32,380 nt of DNA from Octopus sinensis (GCF_006345805.1 NW_021832784.1:1-32380), one strand, 5' to 3'. Shown: positions 11,741 to 25,778, counted from the first letter of the stretch. Program-made: numbers and translations. The notes: generated by a model from the letters alone, not told the origin.

Positions 11741-11799
11741 CAGTTCACAATCGTTCGTTGCACAATAGTAGTAGACACTTTTGCCTCAACTCAGCTCTA

Positions 11800-12280
11800 C
11801 TGCTGCTATCGCCAGCAGCCATGTGGAACACGCATTGAAATTATTAATGATGGAAAGTGCTGTCTGTGAGCGTAGTAAGTAATTCTGGTTAGAGGTGAAG
11901 GCTCAAAGGTTTTTAATGCAGCACCGTACCCGACACCCATGCCTTTGTTTCGGCCCTTAATTTTTTACCCTCTAAGGTATCTAGGCAACATCCAGATCAC
12001 GAGTCCTGGATCCCCCTTCTGTGATATTGTCTTTATTGCAACCCTCTTGGACTGTATAAGTTACATTGGATATTCTAAATTATTCATTTAAAGACGCCAG
12101 TTGACTATATATCTACTGATATTCAGTTCTATTTTTCCTTCACCAGATCCAGGTGCAAATTTTCTCGACTGCTTCAACCGTCGCATTAAGACCACTAGAA
12201 GAATTTTGACGGAAGGAATGAAGAAACCCGACCTTGGTAATATCGTTGACCAACGAAATAAAGGGCCTCACAAGGGACAC
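11800..12280 (-). mobile_element. Highly decayed CR1/L2-like RT fragment
   Basis: Frame-broken, ordered motifs PFISLVNDI, W..W*RKNRTE, RDLDV, LKTF, NACSTW, resembling PLLF..INDL, KTE, RDLGV, RTF, YACSVW. Confidence 0.4.
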
Positions 12281-13167
12281 ACCACGGTCATACATTCATA
12301 CATACATACATACATACATACACACATGTTTCTATGTATAGTGTTTATTTTGAGAGTATGTCCATAATAGTGCTGATAATATAATAATAATTTCTCTGTT
12401 TATTTCCTTCTACATCTATGAATGCATGCAAAGGTATAATCTTTTAAAAGCCACAAATGTTTTATTAAAAACCTTTAGCATGTAACTATGACTATTTTCT
12501 TGTGTAATTATTTCATTCACATAATTCTATTACGTAATTAAAGCAGAGAAAGCTATGCATTCAGCTTGAATAGTGAATGGAAAGACAACACAAACATGTC
12601 GGTAAGATACAGCTATCGATATGATACACAAAAGAAATAGTTATCGTCATCGTGGTATATTTATATATGAGTGTGAAACTCTACCATTGAATTCTCGACA
12701 TGACTGTGCATTGTGGAGGCCTTGTTGTTTCGTTGCTTGTTAAACTTCATAGCAATTGTAATTTCCGAGATTACTTTGTATGCTGCATAAAAGTTATCAT
12801 TATGATTGTGTTATATACCACAGTCATATTTTCGTTGAACTTCCGCTATTCTCAAAAATGAATATCCTAACAATCAGTCAAAATTTCTTTATGCATTTAA
12901 ATATGTGTGTTCCCAGAATTTGTAATTTACATGAAAGTTTTCTATTTCTTTTTCTTTGTGTGTGTGTGTGTGTTTTTTTTTTAATCTAACGTGATATATT
13001 TTCTACCTTTTTGTCATATGAATGTCAGACTAAAAACAAATTGCTCTCCATTATTTGTTCCGAGAATTTATGTTCTGTATTTAAAATCCCGCAGAGGTCA
13101 AAGCTGAGTAGGAATCCTATAATGCTTTCGATGGTTTTGACTAACACCGTCGCTTCAAAACTTCAGG

Positions 13168-14116
<949 letters not shown>

Positions 14117-15107
14117 GTTACTGTCATTGCTTATTTGAACTGACATATTTTTAGAATGAACGTGAATTTACTGGTTCTGGATTTTAGTAAAAAGAACGTC
14201 TTTTTGGAAGAATTGAAGTGACTAAAGACTTTGAAGAAATTTCAATTTTCTCTCTATTTTGCCTCAGAGTGAAAAAAGAAAATAGAAAAAGAAAAACTTG
14301 TCTTGGACATTCTAAGTCTTCATATTTCTAAACATTTCACTTACTCATATTTCAAAATAGATTCTTCTGTTTGAGTCAAGTAAACATGCTCTCTCGTGAT
14401 AGTAAGTGAAGGCACTAATAAAAATAAATACAACCTGAAACAGAAATTTGTGGGGGAAGAGATTAAGAGGCAAAAAACGAGAGACGCTGAAAAATTAATT
14501 AACATCAGACCAACACATGTGCTGGAAAAAATATAATGACTTTGTGACAGAAATCGGTGATAATGGTGATTTAGATATTCGCAGCCAAAAGGCAAACAGA
14601 TTCAGCAGCATCAACAGTGTGACAGCAACAACTACATCAATCACACATTCAGATTTTTCCGAAGCGTGAAATCTGTTTTCTTCGAAAGCCTGTTTGTTAA
14701 AGCTGCTTGTCAAAGTGAATTTCGAATAGCCAGAACCATGGGCGTTCTCTGATCCAACGTCGTTCATGTCTTTTCAATCTGCTATCGGAGTGGTACGCTT
14801 ATTTTTTCAATGTATATTTTAAAAAATAAATTGTATGTGTGTGATAGAGTTAGTGTAAACAATTCCAAAATGCGTTGAAATATGTATAAATCTGCTCGTT
14901 TTTTTTTCTATGTTTTCACATATATTGCATAGATGAACTGTGAAGAAGCGACGTAACATAAAACGCTGTATAAGAAGAAATCGCCTGTAGTAACCCCTAG
15001 CATTCAAATACCATAATTTAACAAGCTGAAAATTTTATAAGTATATACATACATACATACATACATACGTATATACGTATATATATATATAATATATATA
15101 TATATAT

Positions 15108-15145
<38 letters not shown>

Positions 15146-15297
15146 TACACGCACATATATATATATATATATATACATATATATACATATATATACATAT
15201 ATATATACCGGAGTAAACACATAAATGTGAAACAAGGTGGAAAAAAGAGTACTCAAATACCAGTGGTAGAGTAATATGCTTTATTTTAAGCAGCAGA

Positions 15298-15499
<202 letters not shown>

Positions 15500-15740
15500 A
15501 TTCACATTTACAGAAAACAAAAGACAAAGACAGGTGTAGGAACAACATGCAGGTGAATTAGTGTAATGCTCAGTAAAAATGGGAATGTCTTTTACGTTTC
15601 GAGCCTACGCTCTTCGGCAAGATTGAGAGGAAATAAATAGAGAGGGAATGTAAAAGACGGAGCGAGAAAAAGTGTGCAGAGTTCAATGGTTCAACATACC
15701 AAAATGTACAAATGTACGTATATGTAAATATACATGTGTG

Positions 15741-15769
<29 letters not shown>

Positions 15770-15772
<3 letters not shown>

Positions 15773-16110
15773 GTCCTCACCAGGTGCTAACCACGGTGCC
15801 TCAGACTCAGAGATTAGAACTCGAGTTGAACAAGCATATATCATTATAATCCAACGCCGTATAGCTGTAGCTTTTTAGTGACTTCAATTGTCATTCTATG
15901 TGTTGAAAGTATTAAAGCGATGGAAGAGTGACAACCTTTGCGGCCCAGTAGGAATCACACAATACGTTGCAACCGCTATCTGTCGTCTATGCTCCAAAGC
16001 ATACTGATCTGCAGTGGGGTTGAATAGTCATCTGCGAGGTCATGAACGGAAATTCAGAAATACCATTCACAGCAAGGAAGCACAAGCAGACGGCAGTTAT
16101 CAGGGAAGAT
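15770..16110 (+). mobile_element. Decayed RTE-type LINE 3' end with terminal C2H2 finger
   Basis: 15981-16043 reads CRLCSKAY*SAVGLNSHLRGH (C-x2-C-x12-H-x3-H; the TGA is probably CGA decay), like the C-terminal finger of some RTE ORFs. Confidence 0.55.
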
Positions 16111-17213
16111 CGATTAATCAGCACGTTTGTGTGTATACTTTGGCGCATGAGTATGCGTGCAAACTCGTGTAAATGTAATCACGAAGTTCGTGCTGTTATC
16201 ATTAAATCTGTTTCGATCTTACGACGTGGATTGGTAAGGCAAGTATCAAGTGTCTTTGACCAGTGTCTATGGTGTATGCAACCACTTAATTCAATGACCA
16301 GGTACTTCAGTTTGGCAAACAACTGGAGTAGACGTCTTCCAAACCGACGAATATCGATTTGTTTCTTTATTCGAGAAACTCACATTTGCCTATCTCTTGT
16401 GCGTTTCACTTTTAGAATTACCGCATGTATCAGAGAAAATATACTTAATAGCATGGAACAGAAGAGAGAGAGAAGAACGAAGTCAGAAGTCAAAAGAATG
16501 ATATGCTATTCTTACAACTCTTGAACAAGATAGAAATCCAAAAAGCACATGTGTTAGCGTTAAAAAAATATATTATCACCTAAGTAGTATTAAAAAATAA
16601 TTTTAGGGTTATTAAAATAATTATAGAAATTGTTTTAAAAGAAGGAAAAATGTGGAACGATGAGAGGCGTAGAGTTGTTGTGTTTTTATTATTAATTTTA
16701 TTTCAAAATCCTTGTGAAGTAAGTGGAATGGAAACACAATGGCACTTTTAGAGATTCAGCTACGTGAAGACACTTGCATAACACAAATTTTGAATTTCGT
16801 TCGACCTGGGGTTGCTATGTGGCATTGAAAGAGTGAATTACATTAAAGTGAATGGAATTTTTAGAAATGCAGAGTAAAAATGTTTGATAGAAAAAGTAAG
16901 TTAAAACACCCATACAAAAAGAATAATAGAAATGGAATCAGTTGGTTAGGCGAAATTTCGTAGAATACAAGTACACTCAAGAATACACAAATTAATAAGA
17001 ATATATTTGACAGAAGGGAAAGGAAATGAGTTAAGTTTCTTGTCATTTAGAAAGAACTGCGAATGCAAATCAAAACAGGCAATAAACACATACACAGAAA
17101 TAAGAAATGTGTTTATCTAATAAAGAATGTATATGCATATAGAAACCATATGTGTGTGTGTGTTTGTATGTGTATTTGTGTGTGTATTTGTGTGTGTATT
17201 TGCGTGTGTGTTT

Positions 17214-17515
17214 GAAGGCGCATGGCTTAGTGGTTAGAGTGTTGCACTCTTGATTGTGAGATCGCGGTTTCGATTACCAGACTGAGCGTTGCCTTGTGTT
17301 CTTGAGGAAAGCACTTAATTTCATGTTGCTTTGCGATCATTTCGTCATCTGACATGTGGCACATGGTGCACCTATACAAGTAATGTGGATTTGATGGAGG
17401 GAGGGAGCTTATGTGAACACAAACATTTGATCACTATAAACGAATCATTTATGTAGTTGTTCGGCAAGAACATGCCGAACCATCATACGTCGTCTAACAA
17501 CGGCAGTGTTCATTA
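17214..17515 (+). mobile_element. tRNA-derived SINE family D
   Basis: A box TGGCTTAGTGG, B-box-like GGTTTCGATTACC, core-like TTGTGTTCTTGAGGAAAGCACTT, then (TATG)n tail. Confidence 0.75.
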
Positions 17516-17521
17516 TGTATG

Positions 17522-17552
<31 letters not shown>

Positions 17553-17554
17553 GG

Positions 17555-17688
17555 GAGTTAAAGAGCGGAGCAGGTACGATCCTGGCTGCATATATTTCAT
17601 AGCGATCGGAAGCTCAGAAGTGGTAAAAATTTACCACTTCTCACTATGAAATATATGTAGTCCGGATCTTTACTCTATTTCTTAGCTC
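17555..17688. repeat. Imperfect foldback (MITE-like)
   Basis: GCTGCATATATTTCATAG/CTATGAAATATATGTAGT and AGAAGTGGTAAA/TTTACCACTTCT pair, with an asymmetric ~13-nt bulge. Confidence 0.7.
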
Positions 17689-18465
17689 TCGAATTTTTGT
17701 TCGCATACCTGGAACCCTTGTTGCCTATCCTGAAATATAATGTTTTTTTTTTCTTTTTTTTTTACCTTATCATACTCCGGTATGAAAAATCCACAACCTT
17801 CCGCCCTAATAAACAACTACAACTGTCTCAGCAAGTTGTTTTTTATATTTTCTATAGATTGCTTGAAGCTCGAATTCAATACATATATGTGTGTGCGTAT
17901 GTGTGTGTGTGTGTGTGTGTGTGTGAGGGTGTGTGTGTGTGGATGTATAATAAATATATATATATTTATACACAGAAAACAGTACCATATATACAAACGC
18001 AGTATATGCCACTTGCTCCTTACGCACGTTTCTGTTTTGTGGCTATATGCATCCTCTACAGTGGCTGTTCATAGTTCCATTGCTTGATACTCATTATTCA
18101 AGACAGTTACTCAGGGGAATACTATACTTCATTATGCTGATACAGGTCAAGATAGGTGTATGTATGTATGTGTGTGTGTGTGCAGGTACGTATACATACA
18201 CACACAAACACGCACATATATATCTACATTCCTAGGACTTGATGCAAAATTGGAGTAGTCAAACTACTGTTCTTAGGCGCTTTAGTGGAGAAATTCGTAT
18301 AGAGAGAAATAAACAAGAGTGTCCTGGCATGTATCAAGGTGTTTGGGAACTCATCAAATAACAAATAATCCTTCATTTTTCTGCCCATACAGAAAACTTA
18401 CATAAAAATCTTTATTTTCATAAAAAGCTATTTATCTTCTTATATCTAGAATAAACACAATGTTA

Positions 18466-18730
18466 CAGCTCTATATTTAAGAGATGAGGAATTATGTACA
18501 TTTGACGGATATTTCTCCTCATCTTGTTTGCTGTTAACACAAAATTTTGGCTGATATACCCTCCAGCCTTCATCAAGTGCCTTTAGGAAATTTCGAACCT
18601 AGGTTCTCAATCCTAAGGTATTTTTATATTATTATTATTAATATCATTCAGGTCACTGCCTGGAATCGAACTCGAAATCTTAGGGTTAGTATCCCGCGCT
18701 TTTAACCACTACGCCATATGCTCGTGGGCA
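18466..18730 (-). mobile_element. Element with tRNA-like Pol III promoter, (TAA)n spacer and decayed hammerhead
   Basis: Minus strand A box TGGCGTAGTGG (18716-18706) and B box GAGTTCGATTCC. HHR relic GGCAC-TTGATGA-A-GGCTG-loop-CAGCC-AAAAT-TTT-GTGTT at 18580-18536. Confidence 0.7.
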
Positions 18731-18959
18731 ATTATGGAGTGAATTTTAGGTCTTATAAATCTAGTATTCTCCTATCCTTCCCTAAACCACGGTTCCTATA
18801 TGCTGTTCATATCTCTACTTGGTCTGCTTAGGAGGTTATTGTGCGCTTTTCGGTGGCAGGAATAAATTATAAGTACTTACTCATATTTTCGCGGGTGTTA
18901 TGAAATTGTGATAAATTTACCCTAATTAAACGACAGTTTTTAAGGGCCCATATCCTACT

Positions 18960-19170
18960 AAAAGGAGACAATAACCCAGCAAGAATTGCAATGGCATGGA
19001 TATCAGTTTGTGGCAAGACACCAAATGTTAGGCCAAAGAAAACCTGGATGCTCATCTCAGAAGATGGCTTGTGGAGATGTAGCACGAAGTGACTTCAAGC
19101 TCCAACCCTTCCTGAAAACAGAGAATGGTGGAAGAAAATAGGGGTCTGTTGCCGTGATGCTAGAGGAACC
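18960..19170 (+). mobile_element. Decayed RTE LINE 3' fragment
   Basis: Reads KGDNNPARIAMAWISVCGKTPNVRPKKTW...LPENREWWKKI, matching the RTE motifs R.AL.W.P.GKR..GRP..TW and A.DR..WR. Confidence 0.65.
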
Positions 19171-19684
19171 AGATGACCAGATGAATGTGTATCGTTAAAC
19201 AAAGTCAAATATATTTTATATTCTCTTCAAACACCAATGAGTGTATCGCTGAAATTAGTCTTAAAAGCAACCGATTTGCCTTTAAGTATAAAATTCTACA
19301 TTGTTATTGTTCCCCGAGACGTAGCTACAGCAATTATATTTCAAGAACCATAGATCGCTATAAATAACAGATCTTTCCTCAGTAATTTTAGTGTCCTTTA
19401 AAACAGGAATTTAAAACTTAGTACAACAGATTAGGTGATTGGTGCAGCGTGGAACACAATATTAGAAACGCATGTTCAGCTTCTGAGTTCAAATGAAGCC
19501 GCTGTTAATTTCATATTTGTTGTTGAGGTCAATAAATGAAATAACATCAAATCGTGGATGAGAAAACAATCATTAGCCACCAAAATGTGTAGTTTAATAA
19601 TACACCGATGAAATATAAATAATTTATGATTTGTTTTATTCATTAAAATCACCATATCTTTTTTTTAATAATTGATTTATTATT

Positions 19685-19810
19685 CAGTTCTATATTTAAG
19701 AGATGAGGAATTATGTACATTATTTACATTATTTACATTGTTGTGTTAACAACAAACATGATGAGGACAAATAGCCGTCGAATGTAAATAATGTAAATAA
19801 TGTAAATAAT
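19685..19810. repeat. Inverted, truncated fragment of the 18466-18730 element
   Basis: 19685-19739 is collinear with 18466-18502; 19740-19810 is the reverse complement of ~18500-18543, beginning GTT-GTGTTAAC. Confidence 0.85.
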
Positions 19811-20388
19811 CTAACAAATGATTTATTATTGTTTCAATCGATGTTAGTGTCAAATAGTAAACGATTTTATCGAAACAGAAGGGTCGCAAAGTAAAATCGA
19901 AAGTTGAACAATGTTATCGCTGAATGAAGAAATACGAAACATAAACTTCTAACGGATTAATCTGCTACTCTGCCCATTGTGCTAATCACTACAACAGCGA
20001 GAGTGGGATTAACCCAAGCAGTTAGACGAAGGTAAGTATCGCAAAACCTAACGACGGAAGATTTCCATTCCCTGATAGAGAGAGAGAGAGAAAGAGGAAG
20101 AGATAGTTACAACATAGACACATACATATACAGATATATACATAGATAAATACAGACATGCATACATATACACATAAAAACATACAATATACACACATAC
20201 ACACATACACACATACATACATATATGTATATACTTGCTCTGCGCGTGCCTGTGTCTATGCACAAATATATCTTTTATAATAACAGATAACTTCAACTAT
20301 ATGTGCGTGTGTGTATGTTTATATATATATGTATGTATGGCGTGTATGTATGATGTTTAAATATATAGTGTGTATGTATGTATGTTTA

Positions 20389-20442
<54 letters not shown>

Positions 20443-20488
20443 ATGTATGTTTATATACATATGTGTATGTATGTATTTTTATATATTA

Positions 20489-20747
20489 CCTTCGAAACAC
20501 GCTGGAGTTGAACTAGGGACAGCTGATGAAGGGGATTTTTCCTTGTGTAGTTTGTCTTGTACTCTGTTTTTCTGTTGTAAAAAAATGGTTTGTTCCATGC
20601 TTGTTTTTCCGTTTTCGTTTCTCGTTGAGTTCTACGTCTATTTGTGGTGTCCTATACTCACGTATATATATTTATATATGCATGTATATATACATGTAGA
20701 TGTAGGTACGTACATATATGTATGTATGTATGCATATATTTTATTTA
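20489..20747 (+). mobile_element. Interspersed repeat carrying HHR-core-like words (copy 1)
   Basis: CCTTCGAAAC..CAGCTGATGAAGGGGATTTTT..GTGGTGTCCT..CACGTAT..GTAGATGTAGGTACGTAC is homologous to the reverse complement of 24624-24900. Confidence 0.75.
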
Positions 20748-20750
20748 TTA

Positions 20751-20802
<52 letters not shown>

Positions 20803-21442
20803 AAAAGGCAAATCAATGATAAGAACAAAAACAAAAACAACAAAATCGAAAAGGACCTACAAAGTGAGTGTAATGGTTTGACGCTTCAAAATAGTGAGGC
20901 AGAGAATGAGTAATTATTCTAAAATATCAGAAATATGATCGTTTAAAGGTGATTTGAAGCCTAATAGCTCTTCTCCTTTTTTATTCTATCTTTTGCTATT
21001 GAGTCAATATAAACAGAGTTTGCAGAATTGGATTCCTCTCTTAGAAATATTTGAAGTGCAGACAGAGCCAAAACCATAATTCTACCATTAAGAAAATAAA
21101 CCTGCAATGAAACGTTTGTCTGTCTCTTTGCCTACCATTTTTTAAACTAATAATTTTATTATATTTTGGCTCGACTTACGAAGGCAGAATTTTTATTTTG
21201 AATGCCCCAAAATATAGCGGTGCACTGGTGATCTATCTGGACTAAAACCTAATTAATTCGGAAAATAATTAGATAGGATAGACAGTACATACTGTAAATG
21301 AGTGGCAGGGAACTTTTAAGCGCTGACGCTGACATTAAGTATGAAATGTAACTGCTGCTGCGGGTGAATGATGTGTATACATACATACATATATATATAT
21401 ATATGTGTGTGTGTTTGTGTGTATGTATATATATGTATATAA

Positions 21443-21600
<158 letters not shown>

Positions 21601-21631
21601 ATACAGACACGCATATATATATTTCCTCTAA

Positions 21632-21864
21632 TGTTTCTTTTTATCGAACCGCTAAATTGCGGGAACGTAATCACATGAGCACCGGTTGTCAATCGTTGGT
21701 GGGCAGAAACACAGGCACGAAGACAAAAACACACACACATGTCTATATGCGATGCGATGGGCTTCTTTCAATTTCCGTCTACCAAATCCACTTGCAAGGG
21801 GATAGTAGAAAACACTTGCCGAAGGTGAGTGGGAAGCAGGCTCCTTACCATACGGCCACGCATG
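21632..21864 (-). mobile_element. SINE family A, internally deleted copy
   Basis: GAACCGCTA, CCGGTTGTCAA, GGGCTTCTTTCAATTTCCGTCTACCAAATCCAC match the family in reverse complement. Confidence 0.75.
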
Positions 21865-22070
21865 ACATATACGTATGTATGCACAAATGCATACATGTAC
21901 ACACACACTCACATACACACGCGCGCGCGCACACACATATGTATTCCCTGACACAGAAGGGGGAGCGATTGACATACGTGCATAACATTGTTTCTGTTAC
22001 TTCTTATAGTTGTTGATATACAGCTATGTTGGGGCGCCCCCAGGGGGTGTGTACTTTAAGAAATTCGTCT

Positions 22071-22222
22071 CGGGGCAATTACACCCTAGGACACTTACGC
22101 CCTACCCCAATGGAAAATTTCCCCTTCTCTAATATATTAAGAAGTTTTAAATCATCAGCTGTTGTTCTAGGGGGTAATTGTCCTGGGAGTTATTTTCCGG
22201 GGGCAGGGGGTAAATGTCCTAG
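22071..22222. mobile_element. G/C-tract MITE-like element with interleaved inverted subrepeats
   Basis: CTAGGACACTTACGCCCTACCCC..GGAAAAT versus ATTTTCCGGGGGCAGGGGGTAAATGTCCTAG; GGGCAATTACACCCTAG versus CTAGGGGGTAATTGTCC. Confidence 0.6.
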
Positions 22223-22342
22223 ACTCAAGAAATCCACCCCAGTATTCATTGTTTAAAACCTGGTACTTATTCTATTGGAGATCTTTTGCCGAATATGAGA
22301 TTGATTCATACATCGATTGATTTACATCAGTCTATCTTTCTT

Positions 22343-22441
<99 letters not shown>

Positions 22442-23399
22442 GTCTATCTCCCTATCTATGTATCTACCTACCTATCTATCTATTTGTCTGTCTGGCTGGC
22501 TGGCTATCTGTCTATCTGTTTACTTATCTATCTATATAAATATCTGTAAGCATGTATATGTATGTATATATATATATATATATATATACATCAGTGTGTA
22601 TGTATGTGTGCGTCTGCGTTTATGTATGTGTGTGTGTGTGTGTGTGTGTGAATTTATGTTTTATAAGGCGTGTGCTGTTTCGAATGCATAACCTTAAACT
22701 ATGATGAAATGAATTTCCCGGAATACCTTTCGGATTGTGGCTTTAATAAAATCTGAACGCCGTATGATAAAACATTTGCAGTAAGACCACCTCTCCACAA
22801 CCTCCACTCTGTTCTACCTCAATCAATACAAAGTCACGTTGTTGAATTATATTCATGTATGTTTTCCTCTTTTATACCATTATATGTGTAACGCCTTCCT
22901 CATGTTCCTGCTTCTGTCCTGTTTGACGTAAATTTGTATTTGACCTATACATATCAAATTTGATACATAAGTCTCTGTCTCTTCGTTCAAAAAGCCATAA
23001 ACTACGCCGTCTTTATTTGCCGTAGCTGTCATGTCAATTTTAGGCTTTTTTGTTGTTGTTTTATATATGATTGTAAGATTTTTGTAAGTTTTGTTTTCTG
23101 TTTGTTCCTACAATGTGTTGGCTTGCTTTTTAGGTAGGTATATGGCTTCCCTATTTTCAAAAATATAAATATGTCTGCAATGAATATCGCGGATGTTTAC
23201 TATCAGAAAGAAATGTGGAAGCCATGTTAATTGGTAAAATATAAATCAAATATAAAAATATACATGTATACATACATTCAAACGTGCGCGCGCACATACA
23301 CAAACATATACATACTTATACGTATACATATATGCATACATTAATACATGCATTACAATATCACATAGACTTGTGTATTTCTTCGTTTCTTAGTGATAT

Positions 23400-23472
<73 letters not shown>

Positions 23473-23884
23473 AAATAATTTGGGAAAACGAATTTCCAAA
23501 TCAATCAAGTACAACCCTTCAGCATTACCTGCATCTCCATATCGTACCTTGGGCTCTTATTTATCATATATGTATATATTTATCTAGAGATATACAAAGT
23601 ATCTCATAAAAGTTTTTGGGGGATTAATAGATATGCGGGTATTCTATTTCAGATAATACAAAAAAAAAACAAACCTAATGAGTATATTTGAAAGTAAACT
23701 CATAGTATCCATTTGCACATCACGAAATAATAATTTAAAGGACATAACATTATAACAGCAGGGTATATACTATACTTCCTTAATTATTTCCTACTATAGT
23801 TAACACTTAACTTAATTCCTTATGAAGGAATTACACCCGCTTATCTATTAATCCTCCAAAATTGAATTACATATATATATATCT

Positions 23885-24109
23885 GTAAAATAACATGTGA
23901 CAATTATTCAATAGCCAAGATAAAACTCTAAGTTTCGGATGCCGAAGTGGAAGTCCACAACACCATCTCTTCGGTTATCTGGCCATCTGAAAAAACGTTT
24001 TTCAGATGGCCAGATAACCGAAGAGATGGTGTTGTGGATTTCCACTTCGGCATCCGAAACTCAGAGCTTTATCTTGGCTATTGAATAATTGCCACATATT
24101 ATTTTACTG
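23885..24109. repeat. Long palindrome (~111-bp arms) with inverted non-canonical hammerhead-like cassettes
   Basis: Centred on AACGTT (23994-23999); arms differ by about 4 substitutions plus small indels. Minus arm GATAA-CCGAAGA-GATG..CATC-C-GAAAC-TTAGA-GTT-TTATC (23979-23919); plus arm has GCT at the triplet. Confidence 0.9.
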
Positions 24110-24233
24110 ATAAATTTCCTCCATTTACCTAATATTGAGGTCTCTTTCTTTCTTTTGTTATGTTACCGTTTTTACAAATATATATGTATATGTTCAGAGG
24201 TAGAGAGAGAGGCAAACAGATAGACAGATAGAC

Positions 24234-24266
<33 letters not shown>

Positions 24267-24623
24267 CATACATACATACATACATACATACATACATACA
24301 TACATACATACATGCAAGTGTACCTGGGTGAGCACATCAGGAAGGGTCACTAAGTACACTGGCTCCAGGCTAGGTTTAGTGGGCTTACTAGTTAGGGTTA
24401 GGTGATGAGATTAAGAAACTTTAAGTTGTATGGAACCAAATAAAACATTTATTAACGATACTGCATACATATACATACTCATAGGAAAACACTTATATAC
24501 GCAATACGTACATATATATATATATATATATATATAATATAAATAACATATACCAAGATATGAACGAATAAAACGACGAACTCGGAACGAACCTGACGCG
24601 GGGCGCTGTCAGACAATATGTGA

Positions 24624-24940
24624 TAAATAAAAATATATGCATACATACAAACATATATGTACGTACCTACATCTACATGTATATATACATGCATATATAA
24701 ATAATTATACGTGAGTACAGGACACCACAATAAGACGTGGAAACGGGGAAAACAAAAACAAAAAACAAGAAAACGAAAAAAAAAACAAGAAAACGAAAAA
24801 AAAAACAAGAAAACGAAAAAAAACAGTTACAGGACGTGTTACACAAGGAAAAAATCCCCGTCATCAGCTGTCGCTAGTAGAGTCAAGCATGTTTCGAAGG
24901 CAGAGACAGAACACTATTCCACTAGGCCTTCCTGCGAGAG
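24624..24940 (-). mobile_element. Interspersed repeat with HHR-like relic (copy 2 of 20489-20747)
   Basis: Homology as for copy 1; extends upstream to GAAGGC...GCCTTC-GAAAC-ATGC, preceded by CTCGCAG instead of CTGANGA. Confidence 0.7.
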
Positions 24941-25572
24941 AATTAAAATAAAATTCCAAGCAGCGGGGCAAAATGAGTACGAACACGAACAGGACGTAAC
25001 AATAACTGCAAAAATGAAAATACAGGTACAAAAAATACAAATAATTACAAAACGAGAAAATAAAAAGAGAATACGATACAGGAAATCAAACACACAAGAG
25101 GACGAACGGAAAAGCCTTTTTTTCTGGCATAGACAAAGGATACTGTGGCAGCGCGTGGAAGGCAGTCTTTTCAGTATATATATATATTTATAATTGTATC
25201 TATCTATCTTTCTATATATCTAGCTATATATATACATATGTTTGTGTGTGTGTGTGTGTGTGTAAATACACAGCTTTTCAGGACAATTTACAAATATGTA
25301 TGTACAGATGTTGATATATTTAAATATAGTTGTATATTATCTAAGCTGAAACTGGCCAGGAAACAAAAATAACATATATATAAATATATGTATGTATGTA
25401 TCTATATATCGATATAGATATAGATAGATAAATAGAGAGAGAGAGAAAGAAAGAAAGAGAGAAAGAGAAAGAGAGAAAGAAAGAGAGAATGAAAGAGAGA
25501 AAGAAAGAAAGAGAGAAAGAAAGAGAGAAAGAGAGAAAGAAAGAAATAAAGAGGGAGAGAAAGGAGAGGATA

Positions 25573-25778
25573 TGTTTCTTTATTAGCCACACAGGGCTGC
25601 ACACAGACAGAACAAATTACAAGGTAGAGCTTTTCTTTTGGGGGTAAAAAAAGGGGGTTGGTTTTCGATCAAAAGGAATCGTAAAAGGAAAGAAAGAGGA
25701 CCAAAAAAGGGGAGGATTTAAAAAAAAGGGGGGGAGAGGGAAAAAAAGATATGGGGAGAGGAAAAAAAAAGTTGATCA
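25573..25778 (-). mobile_element. 5'-truncated retroelement 3' UTR with 17-bp TSD
   Basis: TSD AGAGAAAGGAGAGGATA at 25556-25572 and 25779-25795; pyrimidine-rich body; 3' end AGCCCTGTGTGGCTAATAAAGAAA shared with SINE family C. Confidence 0.8.

Noticed and set aside
12147-12236. 90-nt symmetric exon candidate (CCAG|ATCC...CTTG|GTAATA)
   Set aside because: It overlaps the antisense of an apparent decayed CR1-like RT; the peptide is unrecognised and the donor is modest.
19335-19385. Minus-strand CTGAGGA-AAGA..TCTT-GAAAT
   Set aside because: Stem II is possible, but stem I cannot be formed for either candidate triplet.
20960-21105. Minus-strand terminal exon candidate (TTGCAG|GTTTAT.. 46 codons to TAG)
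   Set aside because: Only an acceptor-like site and a short frame; no recognisable peptide or partner exon.
24711-25193. 160-aa Lys/Arg-rich ORF
   Set aside because: It is the A-rich antisense of a pyrimidine-rich repeat whose homologue at 20489-20747 does not keep the frame.
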